From Eledone cirrhosa (taxonomy: Eukaryota), in the NCBI GenBank assembly GCA_964016885.1, contig OZ024742.1, forward strand, positions 301,816,001 through 301,880,000: a stretch of DNA of 64,000 nucleotides, given 5' to 3'. The notes beneath the pieces were generated by a model that worked only from the letters and a program-made list of their open reading frames with translations, was not told where the DNA came from and searched no databases. The position numbers and the translations under genes were made by a program. Below are positions 47,833-60,700 of this stretch, in pieces; position 1 is the stretch's first letter; each line of letters starts with the position of its first letter.

Positions 47833-48696
47833 ATAATGTTGCTTAGTTTCCTTTATTATATGTTTATTGTTTTCAAGGGTGGGGTTAGGAATATGTTTTG
47901 TCTTATCAACTGTTTTGTCTAATATATATATATACACACACGTCCCAGTGAACTGGTCTATACCTGTAATAAATAGGTGTAGTTTATTGTTTGTAGTTGG
48001 TGACAGTAACCGGGGTAGTCTTATCAACCATTCTCACTATCTTTATCTCTCTCTTACACATTCATTTTCTCCTTATCTCTTTCATTTTCTCTTTCTCTCA
48101 CCCACACTTTCTGTTTCATACTCTCCCTCTCTCTAAACTTTCTCACATACTCTCTCTCTAATCATTCTCTCTCTTACACTCCTCATACATGCTCTGACAC
48201 ACCTAGCCTCTCTCAGTTCAAAGACTGACATGCATGGTGAAAAGTCACATCTTACAGGAGTTGCCTCTGATATGGCTATCATAAGATAGTCTAGTAGAAT
48301 AGGTCAGATCTAGAGGAGTAAGCCCTGTTTGTCTCATAGTAAGCAGTAGCTTATGTGACTATCATCAGTTTAATTAAATGATCTCGACATCGTGAACACC
48401 AGTGGCTTCACAGATGATTGACTATTAATTCAGCAATGGGTTGGCACAACTGCTCCAGTTAGCAGAGAAATTTATGAGTATGCAGGTGTGGTGAACCACA
48501 TATATTCTAGCCATTACAAAAAGCAAAATGCTTCAGATTTAATGGAGGGATAACTCAAGAAGAAGAAGCAAAAGATGGGTTAAAGACAGCATTTTATTCT
48601 GGCATGGGTTGGTTAGGTTATTAAAGTCTGGAGTCAGTTCTTATGTGGAATTACTGCCCTTCTAGATGGGATGAGGACAACATCAGTCAGTCCCTA

Positions 48697-48952
48697 TAAT
48701 AATATAATGAAAATTATTGGGTACAGTGCTCAGGTGTGAACTACAACTCATCAAAGGTGCATATATAGTACATAGAATAATGTACAAATGTCAGGAAAGT
48801 GAACAATGTATGAGTCGTGCATGTGTATGGAGGGGGAATATCAGGTGTAGTGTTGGCGAATTTCGGGAAGCATGGAAGTTTTTAAAGATGCAGTGTCCCA
48901 ACAGCTAACAACTGATGCAGGTAGTTTGTTCCATACTTCAGCAACTCTGAGT
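48697..48952 (-). mobile_element. CR1-group LINE 3' end
   Basis: Reverse complement of ~50545-50800. Confidence 0.75.
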
Positions 48953-49059
48953 GGAGGTTCTGCCTTCTTTGATGGGTTGGAGACTACATCTTATTCACAC
49001 ATTCTGTTTTCTATCTCTCAATAATATAATTTACAAGCTTTAGGCCACTGATATAGCCT

Positions 49060-49330
49060 GACTGTGCATATAATTGGATATTTTCAGCATGTTAGTAAGA
49101 AAACCTGACAGCCCAGCTGTCTTCCCTGCTTTCATATAATCAATCTACCATATGGCTGTTAATTTGGATGGTTGGTCCCTCTGTTGGGTCTACTTGGGGT
49201 AAACCCTCAATCTTTGATACATTCTCCTCATTCAACAATCTCTCCTAATAAATAGCTCTTTCATGTCTCTTTTTCTTCAGCATCAATAAGGGTAAATGCT
49301 ACTATCATTCCAAATATACTCTCATGTCTT
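49060..49330 (-). mobile_element. old RTE internal fragment
   Basis: Minus strand ERLLNEENVSKIEGLPQVDPTEGPTIQI versus DRLLNEENAWEEETLPHVDPIEGPAVQV in the intact ORF. Confidence 0.7.
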
Positions 49331-50319
49331 GAATAATTGTCCCCATCACTTACTAATTTTTCAGATTTTTTCCAAACCCTCGCTTGTTAAATTTTGCCAA
49401 CCTATCTCTGGTTAAATTTTATTTTAAGTGGTAGCATTCCTGCGATAATTAATTTTCTTTATACACAAAAAAAAACATTAAACATGACAAAAAAGTACAT
49501 TACAAGTAATCCTATAAATGGGATGGGTTGGGGTCTCAATATGTAAACTAAACAACTAATTCTGTTTTTTCTTTTTTTTAAATCAATGAAAACAACCTAG
49601 AAGAATTACTGATTTTCCACCCACCCTTTATTATTTGGGACCTGAGAGTATATTTATCCCATGTGACGTCTCACTTTTCTCCAGTACACCATCTTGTTAT
49701 TTGGAGTACCTCATGCCTCTGATCCTCACATCTCAGAACATGTGTGAATCTCTTACTTTCATATCTGCCCTAGCTCAGTCTACTTTTATTTCACCCAATA
49801 AACAAACCAACCACCTCTCTCATACATGCATCCATTACTATAAATAATTTTTTAAAAAATGTTTGTCCTTTATAATTTTTTATTTTCCCTGCAACTTTAG
49901 ATAAGTTATTGGGCCAACACAGTACTTTTCAGATATTCTAAATTTACAACAATACCATAGTCACTGATTTATTTATTACTGTTAGTATTTTGTTGTTTAG
50001 ATTCACACGTTCTACTTTTGCAATCTTCAGTCTTCAATCCAATGATTGTCTGACACATAGCTAGACATGAGAACATTTTCCGTCTTTTTTTGTAAATCAT
50101 TTATTATATTTATATTGATTAAGCTGGAGTCTCTACTTGGTCACTCAACTTGCTAGATATAACAGTCAAATTTCCTTCAAATAAATATTAGTGAAATATT
50201 TTGTTTTTCTCTGTTTTATTAACTCAACAACTTGCCATCTTTTAGCAAAAAATATCTAAAAACGGGTTTGCTAATTCGAATGTTTATAGTATCTTCACTA
50301 GTGGATGAATTGTTTTGAA

Positions 50320-50803
50320 AATTTTCAGTAAGCCTTCCATCAGGCACCAACCATACTCTGAATGCCTTGCTTCCCTGGGCATGGAAACATTAAAACTATG
50401 ACGTCTGGCAACTGATTATTAACCATTTTTCCAACAACCCTGAGCACCTTTTTGAATTTCATGTATCTAACACCCATGGACTTGCTTACAAAATCAGAAA
50501 ACCGTACAGCTCTCATGACTTTCAGAAACATTTTTACATGGTCAAGAGTTGCTGAAGCATGGAACAAACTACCTGCATTAGTTGTTAGCTGTCGAGACAC
50601 TGCATCCTTCAAAACTTCCATGCTTCCCGAAATTTGCCAACACTACACCTGATATCCCCTCTCCATACACATGCATGCATGCATATCATGACTCATACAC
50701 TGTTCACTTTCCTGTCATTTTACATTATTCTATGTACTATACATGCACCTTTGATGAGTTGCACTGAATTCTTTTTTATTCACACCTGAGCACTGTTCCC
50801 AAT
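50320..50803 (+). mobile_element. decayed CR1-group LINE 3' end
   Basis: FTWSRVAEAWNKLPALVV, a typical CR1 ORF2 C-terminus; homologous to 55000-55480. Confidence 0.75.
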
Positions 50804-50815
50804 ATAGACAAATAC

Positions 50816-50872
<57 letters not shown>

Positions 50873-51059
50873 GCGTCCGAAACGTTAAGACCCTCTTGCT
50901 GTTATTTCAAGCGTTAAACTAATATATTCTTTCCATATACTGTTCCGATTATGTTATTCTTGTTTACCTTTTACATAAATGCATGCATGCATGCATACAC
51001 ACATACACACATACATACATACATACATACATACATACATACATACATACATACATACA

Positions 51060-51388
51060 GGCTGCCAACTCGTTTTCGAGTACGGCCACTACTTTATATC
51101 CATGTAGGAGAACTCCTACCGATGCGCTGAATGAGTGACTTTTTAGTCCAGCCAGCGACTTGAAAACTCTGGTACAAACACTACACTTGTGACAATTATT
51201 GACACATAGTGCTGGGCCCATGGTTCCATGTGACAAGTGCAGAGAGATCTCCAGATATAAAGCAATGCCTGTGCCGTGAGGCTTTTATAGTGAGCAAAGG
51301 CACTGCACAAAGCCAGTCCCACTCTCTTAACCAAGGTGATATTTACCAAAAAGAAGAACAAGTCAACATCATTGTATACCATCAGGGC
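51060..51388 (-). mobile_element. 3' end of an RTE-like LINE with C2H2 zinc finger, in (CATA)n
   Basis: CSVCTRVFKSLAGLKSH; terminal TGGCCGTACTCGAAAACGAGTTGGCAGCC then (TGTA)n. Confidence 0.7.
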
Positions 51389-51462
51389 ATACATACATAC
51401 ATACATACATACATACATACATACATACATACATACATACATACATACATACATACATACAT

Positions 51463-51531
51463 GATGGCTGCCCCCTCGTTATCGAGTATGGCCATTGCAC
51501 AAAAAAAAAAAAAAAAAAAAAAAAAAATAAA

Positions 51532-51574
<43 letters not shown>

Positions 51575-51653
51575 GCAATAATAATAATAACGACAACAAC
51601 AATAATAATATACATATTCATATATATATACACACACACGCACGCACATAAGC

Positions 51654-51691
<38 letters not shown>

Positions 51692-52665
51692 GATAGCAAC
51701 TAACAGTGCTGCGATCGAATGTGGCTTTTTAGCCCAGCCAATGATCCAAAATGTCTTGCACAGAGTCGGCAACCAAAACATTTACTGGGAATAGTCGGCT
51801 GTGGTTGGAGCTCGTGTACTTTTGCATGTCGCTTGAGTCCTCCTGCTGATTTACATTCTCTACCACATGTTTGGCAAGCATGATGAGTAGCATCTCCAAC
51901 AGCAGCCTGGTAGTCAACCACTGGTCTTACTTTATGACTGCGAAGATGACTTTCGAGTCCAGCTTTGCTTAGGCAGAGTCTCGCACAGACGCTGCATGTC
52001 AGAAACATAGGAGGACCCTCGCCGTCTGGAAGTGCAACAGCAATACCCTTCCTCACGTCCCGCTTTACTTTCTCGTGTGCGATTCGAGATGCCTCAAAGG
52101 CAACTTTTCCCTCATATACAGTCTTTCTCCATTTATTACGATCAGCAGCAATATTTTCCCATGTATCAGCAGAGATGTTAGCGTCTTTCAGAGAGGCCTT
52201 CAAGGAATCCTTATACCTCTTTTTTGGTTTATGTGGCGGTCGTTTTCCTTTAACCAACTCTCCATAGAAGAGTTGTTTTGGTATTCTAGAATCCTTCATC
52301 CTGGCAAGGTGACCACTCCAACGGAGTCGCTGCCTAAGCACAAGAGCTTCTATACTGTCACACATAGAGCTTTCCAAAATCTCGACATCACTGATGTGGT
52401 CCCTCCATGAGTGACTTTTTAGTCCAGCCAGCGACTTGAAAACTCTGGTACAAACACTACACTTGTGACAATTATTGACACATAGTGCTGGGCCCATGGT
52501 TCCATGTGACAAGTGCAGAGAGATCTCCAGATATAAAGCAATGCCTGTGCCGTGAGGCTTTTATAGTGAGCAAAGGCACTGCACAAAGCCAGTCCCACTC
52601 TCTTAACCAAGGTGATATTTACCAAAAAGAAGAACAAGTCAACATCATTGTATACCATCAGGGCA
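51463..52665 (-). mobile_element. RTE-like LINE 3' fragment with three C-terminal C2H2 fingers, fused to a copy of the 51133-51388 segment
   Basis: QRLRWSGHLARMKDSRIPKQLFYGEL..GKRP; CSVC..H...H, CQTC..H...H, CRLC..H fingers; terminal TGGCCATACTCGATAACGAGGGGGCAGCC. Confidence 0.85.
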
Positions 52666-52703
52666 TACATACATACATACATACATACATACATACATAC
52701 ATA

Positions 52704-53008
52704 CAACTAGTTAGAAAATTACAAGTACAATCCATTAATGGAACAGTAAAAATATGTAAAACATTCCAAAGATTTTGCATCTAATAACTGCATATACACA
52801 TGTACAGATACAAAGCATATACACATGCACACATACAACTCAAAACATACACATCCACACATACAATAACATCCATATCTACACATGCATGCATACATAC
52901 ATATCTACCTAGTTGATGTGTAAATTCCAATGAGAGAGTCTTGTGTCTGTTAGAAACCGACTCTCTCTCTATTGGTAAAACTTTGTGAAATTATAAAACT
53001 AGAAGAAC
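52704..53008 (+). mobile_element. 3' end of an R4/Dong-like non-LTR element inserted in (CATA)n
   Basis: QLVRKLQVQSINGTVKICKTF resembles the RLE-element C-terminus; UTR hairpin CCAATGAGAGAGTC/GACTCTCTCTCTATTGG; CATA repeats on both sides. Confidence 0.6.
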
Positions 53009-53049
53009 ATACATACATACATACATACATACATACATACATACATACA

Positions 53050-53079
<30 letters not shown>

Positions 53080-53080
<1 letters not shown>

Positions 53081-53630
53081 CTCTAGGCAATACAGGAACA
53101 AGAACTCCCTACCAAATATCTGCTGCACAAAAGAGGAGGGCCAGCAGCTGACAATAAATGTAGGCTATGTAAAACAAAGATCGAGGATGTAAGCCACATT
53201 GTTGCCAGCTGCGAAAGAATGTCATCTCGCTACTACCTCCCCATGAGACACGATGGGATAGCTGGAACGCACTTCGGAAAACAAAATTAACAACAAACGA
53301 GGAAGAATATATTGAGACAGATGGCACTAAGGAATACTGGTGGAACCTGAAAATAAAAACTGCCACCAAATTAAAGCACAACCAGCCTGATATTGTTGTT
53401 TGGGACCACACATTGAAAACGTGTTCTCTTGTGGAGATCAGCTGCCCACTTGATGTAAACGTTGTCAGAAAAATACAGGAGAAGGAGGACATCTATGGAC
53501 CATTGATGAGGAGTTTACAAATCCAGTATCCAAGATACACCTTTAGCTTCATACCCATCATATTGGAGCTACGGGTTATATACCAACCCGCTTGGACCAA
53601 AGTATGACTGAACTTGGATTTGCCCTTTGA
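53080..53630 (+). mobile_element. decayed R4/Dong-like restriction-like endonuclease domain
   Basis: Zinc-knuckle remnant, YYLPMRHD, WWNLKIKT..KLKHNQPDIVVWD..CSLVEISCP..KEDIY..FIPII. Confidence 0.8.
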
Positions 53631-53810
53631 CAGGTTTTGTTTTTAGTCCTGCAGGATGTCCAAAATCACCCTCCTCACCAAGAAACCTTGGTGGGGTTGC
53701 CAGTTTAGTTGCCAACGACCCGACCATGAGACAGGTTGTACTGGGATACATGTTACCAGTAGCACCAACTGGTGACCTGACTGACATACATACATACATA
53801 CATACATACA

Positions 53811-53841
<31 letters not shown>

Positions 53842-53967
53842 GTGTGTGTATACACATACATATATATATTCAATTTAAACGTCCGTATAGAGCTAGTAAG
53901 CCATGACAGACTAGAAGTATCGAGTACTCACAGTTGGTAATCAAAAATAGCTAGTGAGACAAGTAAT

Positions 53968-53999
<32 letters not shown>

Positions 54000-54046
54000 T
54001 CTAAAATCTAAAAGAAAAGGGGAATAAAAATAATATATATATACGT

Positions 54047-54538
54047 ATGTATATTTAAAAGTTAAACAAGGTTCAATGAATAAATCAAAGAATGAGTTTT
54101 ACAATAGATTGGAAGCACTCAACAGATATGGTTTTCCATAATAAAGTTTGTTTATACACATATATATATATATATATATATATACGTACGTATTAATTCA
54201 AAATATTAACAAAATAGATATTCTTGTGATCAAGTATATTTTATTATACATATTTCAGAGGTACTGAGTTAACTTCAACAGTACGTCCTCATCAGATAAA
54301 ATAAGATGATGCATGACATACCCTGACATAGTAGGTGGTTAAGATTCATGACTCATAGGTGGTTACTACCATGATTGAATCTTAACCACCTACTATGTCA
54401 GGGTATGTCATGCATCATCTTATTTTATCTGATGAGGACGTACTGTTGAAGTTAACTCAGTACCTCTGAAATATGTATAATAAAATATACTTGATCACAA
54501 GAATATCTATTTTGTTAATATTTTGAATTAATACGTAC

Positions 54539-54586
<48 letters not shown>

Positions 54587-54602
54587 ATAAACAAACTTTA
54601 TT
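54047..54602 (-). mobile_element. palindromic hammerhead-bearing element: arms 54140-54348 and 54376-54602 plus ~90-bp tail
   Basis: Arms are reverse complements apart from internal TA-run length; 27-nt structured loop; tail contains TTGAGTGCTT on the minus strand. Confidence 0.85.
54421..54487 (+). ncRNA. type I hammerhead ribozyme (mirror copy on minus strand at 54237-54303)
   Basis: TATTTTAT-CTGATGA-GGACGTACTG...CAGTACCTCT-GAAA-TATGTA-TA^-ATAAAATA. Confidence 0.85.
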
Positions 54603-54999
54603 TCAATCTCTCTCCCTCTCACTCACTCCACCCTCTCCCAATCCTCTGTTTCACTCACTCCTTCCCTCTTACCTACACCCTCTCTTCACTCATCCCTCCC
54701 TATCATTCTCTGCTACCCCCACACTCTCTCTATGTCATACAGGTAATATATATATATATATATATTACCTGCACATCAAACATCAAAAAATCACCTTAAT
54801 GTTGCTTAGTCATAGTAAACAAAATTCTGTTGGTCTTTCATTGTTCATTTGCTGTGCCATCCAATCATGACCATCCTGTCTTTTTTACCCCAGACATAAA
54901 TAAATATATCTAGCATTACCTTATCCCATGTGGGCTTTTTTGTTTAAAATCATAGCGTGATTTGAGGGATATTTGGCTGCTATTTCTAACAAGTGACAC

Positions 55000-55482
55000 A
55001 TTAAAGCTCCAACGTCTGGCAACTGACTTGGTAAACATTCACAAATTTATTAACCATCTTGCCAACAACCCTGAGCACCTTCTTGAATTCCATGTGTCTA
55101 ACACATGTGGGCATGCATACAAAATCGGAAAACCGTACAGCTCACATGACTTTCAGAAACATTTTTTCATGCTCAGAGTTGCTGAAACATGGAACAAACA
55201 ACCTGCATCAGTTGTTAACTGCCGAGACACTGCATCCTCCAAACCTGAAATACACCAACTAGCTGCCGAAACACTGCATCCTTTAAAACCTCCATGCTTC
55301 CTGAAATTCACCAACACTACACTTGATATCCCCCCTCCATACACATGCACACATGTATATGATAACTCATACATTGTTCACTTTCCTGACATTTGTACAT
55401 TATTCTATGTACTATACATGAACCTTTGATGAGTTATAGTGCACCTGAGTACTGTACACAATAATTACATTGTTATTATTAT
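55000..55482 (+). mobile_element. CR1-group LINE 3' end
   Basis: LKLQRLATDLV...NTCGHAYKI...KHFFMLRVAETWNKQPASVV; ATT-rich tail. Confidence 0.8.
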
Positions 55483-55650
55483 AATTGTTTCTACTTTTGG
55501 CACAAGGCCAGCAATTACTCAGTACATTACTGGTACTTTATTTTATCGACCCCGTAAGGATGAAAGGCAAAGTTAACCTCGGCGGGATTTGAACTCAAAC
55601 GTAACTATGCTGGAAAGCATGGCGTCCAACTCTCTACTGATACTGCCAAT
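55483..55650 (-). mobile_element. Meta-like tRNA SINE
   Basis: Homologous to 47647-47832. Confidence 0.8.
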
Positions 55651-56069
55651 CCATATAATACTCCAAGGACAGTGTTTGACTATTTTGTCAGACACTGTGA
55701 CCCCTAATGGCCTAGCAGTACTATTGAAAAGGATCGAAACTGTGTTTCCATTTCGTTGGCCAATGAATGACCTCAGAGTTTTGTACTTGTTGCCAATATT
55801 ACAATATATTCTGTGACTCATGCAGTTCCCCTCTTATTTTGTTAAGTCTATATATATATTATTAAGTCTATATATATATGTATTGTTAAGTCCCTCTCCC
55901 TCTATAGATATTTTGTTAAGCTATATTCATAAACAAGTACAAAACCTGATAAGTGTTCATTGCTTATTCAAGGTATAGGATTGACAAGTAGTTTTTTTTA
56001 ACTTACTATCTTTTATTGTGTAAAGTGAAATTAATACAAACAGACTTGATAACACACCTACAATGTTTA

Positions 56070-56995
56070 TGATCAGTGACAGTGTAGGTGCATCGTTAGT
56101 TACAGCACATCACCACATGTGTCAGTGTAACTGTAGTCATGCAGCTGAGCTCCACGTGTCAGTGTAGTTGTATCTTTAGTTATGTAGTGCACAGAATTCC
56201 ATATTTGTTGTACAAATATGGAATCGAAAATAACAAGAGAAGGTTGAGCAAGTCTTCACATCGTGTTGGCTGCATGGACGTCTTGATGCTGGTCGTTCAG
56301 TGAACTCTCTCTGTGTCTCTCTGCCTCTCTCTGCCTGTCAGCCAACTGTGTCTCTGGTCCAAGTAGTCCCGCAACTCGTCTCGATCCGCTGAGGGCCCTG
56401 ATTGGCTACTTTAGCCAATTCACCTGTGACACCATTCTTCCGCCAAAGGAAAATACATTTAATCACAAAGGAAAATATATAATAATTCTGTTCACTACAG
56501 TTACACCTGACCACCACATGTATCAGTGTAGGTGTATCTTAAGTTACACCTGACCCCCACATGTGACTGTAGATATATCTTTAGTTACATCTGACCCCCA
56601 CATGTGGCAGTGTAGGTGTATCTTTAGTTACACCTGACCACACATGTGACAGTGTAGGTGTATCTTTAGTTTCACTTGACCACACATGTAACAGTGTAGG
56701 TATATCTTTAGTTACACCTGACCCCCACATGTTGTCAGTGTAGGTATATCTTTAGTTACTCCTGGTCCCCACATGTTTTGTATCAGTGTAGCTGTAGTTT
56801 TACACAAGACCTCCCCATGTAGTGTCAGTTTAATTGTAACTGTAGTTATACACAAGACCCCCCCCCCCACACACACACACCACACACACACATGTTGTGT
56901 CAGTGTAGCTGTAACTTTACACAAGACCTCCACATGCGTCAGTTTAACAGCAATTGTAGTTAAACACATGACCCCTTCATATTGTGTCAGAGTAA
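56070..56995. repeat. degenerate ~42-bp minisatellite, interrupted at ~56190-56495 by unique sequence
   Basis: CACATGTGACAGTGTAGGTGTATCTTTAGTTACACCTGACC units. Confidence 0.8.
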
Positions 56996-57001
56996 CACCC
57001 A

Positions 57002-57467
57002 ATGAAAGGTACTACTCCTCCAGATATCTTGAGTCTTAATAATATATGGAGTGAAGTAAGACAAATAACCTGTTGAAAGGTACTACTTCTCCAGATATCT
57101 TGAGTCTTAATAATATTACATAGAGTGAAGTAAGACAAATCACCTGTTTAAAAGTGAGTCTTAATAATTGTTTCTACTTTTGGCACAAGGCCAGCATTAT
57201 CCCAGTGCATTACTGGTACTTTATTTTATCGACCCTGTAAGGATGAAAGGCAAAGTTAACCTCAACGGGTTTTGAACTAAGACCGCAAAGGGACGTAACT
57301 CTATGCTGGAAAGTATAGCGTCCGACCCTCTACTGATACTGCCAATCCCCCCCCCCCCCCTTGTGTCTTAATAATATTACATAGTGAAATAAGAGACAAA
57401 TGACCTGTTGAAAGGTACTACTACTCCAGATATCTTGAGTCTTAATAATATTACATAGAGTGAAGTA
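57002..57467. repeat. ~72-bp tandem repeat interrupted by a SINE
   Basis: TGAAAGGTACTACT.CTCCAGATATCTTGAGTCTTAATAATAT recurs at ~57003, 57074, 57409. Confidence 0.8.
57163..57346 (-). mobile_element. Meta-like tRNA SINE
   Basis: Homologous to 47647; GTCTTAATAAT on both sides (57158, 57365), possibly a target duplication. Confidence 0.78.
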
Positions 57468-58729
57468 TTTAGCTTAGAGTTCTGCTAATAATATATGTAG
57501 GTCAATTTTATCTTTCATCCTTCTGGCAGTGATAAAACAAAGAACTGAGCTGCAGCCCTCCCTCCTGCCAGCTGTCACAACTTTGATGTTTCACTAGGTG
57601 AGGAGGATCCCCAAGGGTATGTGCGTTTACTTGCGATTACATGGGAGGGGGAGGTGGGGCACATAAAACAGAAGCAAGGACATGGTATCTGCTCTGCTCT
57701 CTGCACCAAATCATCCTACCAAACATTTAACAATGTTTTTGATTTTGTACTGAATAAAAAAGCTACCAGAGACATGACAATTTGTGCCGTAATGTGGACT
57801 TATTTCCAGACAAAAATGGACATGTCTATCCAGTATTGCTGTTGGCTATATCTGATCAATTTATAAACATTAAGTAATGGTACTATCAAGAGATGGGGTG
57901 GGGATGAGGAGAAGATTAACTAAACTAAGTCAGACATGTCTTTGTTCAGGTACAGGCTTGCTTGCTTTCTCCATCTTGTGTTTGGGTTGTCTTAAGTCAA
58001 TAATAAAGCTTAATCCATCATCTCCTTAAGTGTACTGTTCTGTCAGGGTGGGGGTGAGAGGTAGAGGCATGAGGAAGAATAAGGTGGGGGAGGGGGGACT
58101 GCCGTGGGGGAAGAGAGGAAAGGAGAAAAAGGGGAGAGCAGGGAGAGAGGGAGAACAGATGTATGGTGGTGGGGGTGGGGTTGAAATAGTAAGAGAAAGA
58201 CAAAGTGGGTGAGAGGGGACATTTAGTTGTGGTGAACAGAGTGAGAGAGTGTATGTTAACATTCGTTTTCCAGAGTTAACCCCCCCTCTTCTCTCTCTCT
58301 GTCACTTTATATCACCCCTGAAGAGAGCAAGGTCACAAAGTAAAAAACGTTTTTAGACTGGAAAACGTTTCTCCCTTCTCAGCAAGTAAAAACACATTAA
58401 AAACACCTTGTAAGTCTAACTTGGGGTTGTTTATGTTTGCTAACCAACTTCTCTGTATCTTTTACTCTCTGTCCACCCCACTCCCGCTGTGTGTGTGTGT
58501 GTGTACAACAAAATTAAACTGTAAGTTGGTGACAGAATTGTTTTATTAGTTCTGTTTCTCTGAGTTCAAATCTTTCTGATATCAACTTTGTCCTTTTCCT
58601 GTTAGCATGGGTTGAACAGGTTATTGTCATGGTCTGATGCTTTTACATCTATTTTCTCTGCTAGTATAGGTTAGTCATGGTCTGCAGACTAGACAGGTTA
58701 ATTAACTATGTCTTGCTCATACATTCCAT

Positions 58730-59180
58730 ATCTGGAAGCAAGGCATTCAGAGTATGGAAAATGCCTCATGGAGGGTATTCGCTTGGTTATCTCTGAACAG
58801 ATTCCAGAAGGTCAATATTCTGAGTAAGATAGGGATTCCAGACTGGTGATGCAAATTCTAAGTGTGGCTGCACCATAGCTATATACAGCTTTAAATAGAT
58901 AGCTGGAGAGCAGCTGACAAAGGTCTTGCTAAGACACCCTTGGCCTTCTTGACAATTTTAGAGATGTGCTTTGTCCAACACAAATCACTGATGATAGTAA
59001 TGCCCAGGTCACATTCACAAGAAGACTTCTTGAGATTAGTGTGGTGGCAGGAGTATGTGGACACTGAGTTTTTCCTCCTAAAATACATGGTGGTACACTT
59101 GTCAACAGCCAGTTTGAGTTGCCAGTTCATGATCCATTGCTGCATTGTGTTCATGTCTGATTGCAGGAAAGATCTAGAGT
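58730..59180 (-). mobile_element. decayed CR1-group RT fragment
   Basis: LQSDMNTMQQWIMNWQLKLAVDKC...CDLGITIISDLCWTKHISKIVKKAKGVL. Confidence 0.8.
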
Positions 59181-59779
59181 GTTCAAATTATGACCAAAAC
59201 AAAACCAAATCCATATGTATAGAATTAGATGTGCAATATTTAAGTTGTACAAAATCTGGAGACAAAGGCACACAAAAAAGAAAATGTAACACCCCATGTG
59301 TGTGTGTATATATACACACACACACATATATATATAATATGTGTGTGTGTGTGTGCACAACAAAATTAAACCGGAGGTTGGTGACAGAATTATTTTATTA
59401 GTTCTGTTTCTCTATTTCTGAAATTAACTTTGTCTTTTATTCTTTCAAGGTCGGTAAAATAAAGTGTCTGGACTGTACAATGTAGTTTACAAGTTCACTT
59501 CACAATAATCAAGTCCCAAGGTTTGGTGTCTTGAACAAGTGTCAGCTACCATTGCTTTGGGTCTACCTATACCTTGTGAGTGAAATTGGGAAGACTAAAA
59601 CTGTTTGGAAGCCTATATAATGGACTATACCTGTAATTCAAAGAGCCAGCCTTGTCATACACTGTGCCACACTGAATCTCCCTGAGAATTATATGCTTAG
59701 TCATACAGTAAATTCATGAACGGGCTGTTCTGTTGATCAAACAATTGGGACACTCATCATTAAAACGAATAGGGATCCA

Positions 59780-60700
59780 TTCCATCATTATCATCATTTA
59801 CATTCATTTGTTTAATTATTTTATCGTTATCATCTTCATGATCATTGACATTATCATCATTACCATCACAATCATCATCATTACCATCAGTATCATCACC
59901 ACCATCATCATCACCATCACCATCATCATCACCATCACCATCATCATTACCATCATCACCACCATTACCACCATTACCATTATTAAAATTATCATCGTCA
60001 CCACCACCACCATCATTACCATCATTGCCTTCATCATCATGATCCCCTTCATTACCATTTTCACTATCGTCACCATCATCGCCAACAACAACAATAATTA
60101 CACCACCACCACCACCAGAAGTAACAATACCACCACCACCATCACCACCACAAGTAACAATACCACCACCACCATCACCACCACAAGTAACAATAACACC
60201 ACCACCACCACTAGCTATGTTATGACCACTATCACTATTCTCACCAGTGTTGTGGTGTTTTCATTAGTTAATTATATGTAATCTCCTTAGAGGAGACAAT
60301 GTCTTGTTTGGACATGTAATGTGTGTGAAGGATGTACACAAACTGAACCATTTTGGTGGATGGTAGCAAGGATGGTTGGTTGGCTGGGGAAGGTTGGTGG
60401 TGATAGTGTCTGGTGGCAGTGGTGATGGCAGTAGTGATGGTGGCAGTCGTAATGGTATTGATGGTAATGATGTTGATGGTGGCAGTGGGGGTGTTGGTAG
60501 AGGTGATGATGGTTGTTGTAGTGGTGATGGTGGCAGTCATAGTGGCATTGATGCTGATGGTGGCTGTGGTGGTGGTATTGGTTGTAGTGGTGGTGGTGAT
60601 CATGGTGGCAGTGGTGATGATAGTAGTGGTGATGATGGTAGTCATATTCTCATTGATGGTGATGTTAATGGTGGTGATGATGTTGATGGTGGCAATAATT
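59780..60700. repeat. (CAT/CAC)n low-complexity block followed by a complementary (GAT/GGT)n block
   Basis: Strand-composition switch across a unique spacer at ~60245-60390. Confidence 0.9.

Noticed and set aside
50876-50895. GTCCGAAACGTTAAG, resembling a ribozyme 3' half
   Set aside because: No upstream CUGANGA; too short to call.
57611-57629. 19-nt micro-exon candidate (TAG|GTGAGG...AAGG|GTATGT)
   Set aside because: Splice-like motifs alone are common by chance; no supporting neighbouring exons.
58318-58370. CTGAAGA...GAAAACGTTT
   Set aside because: No consistent stems found.
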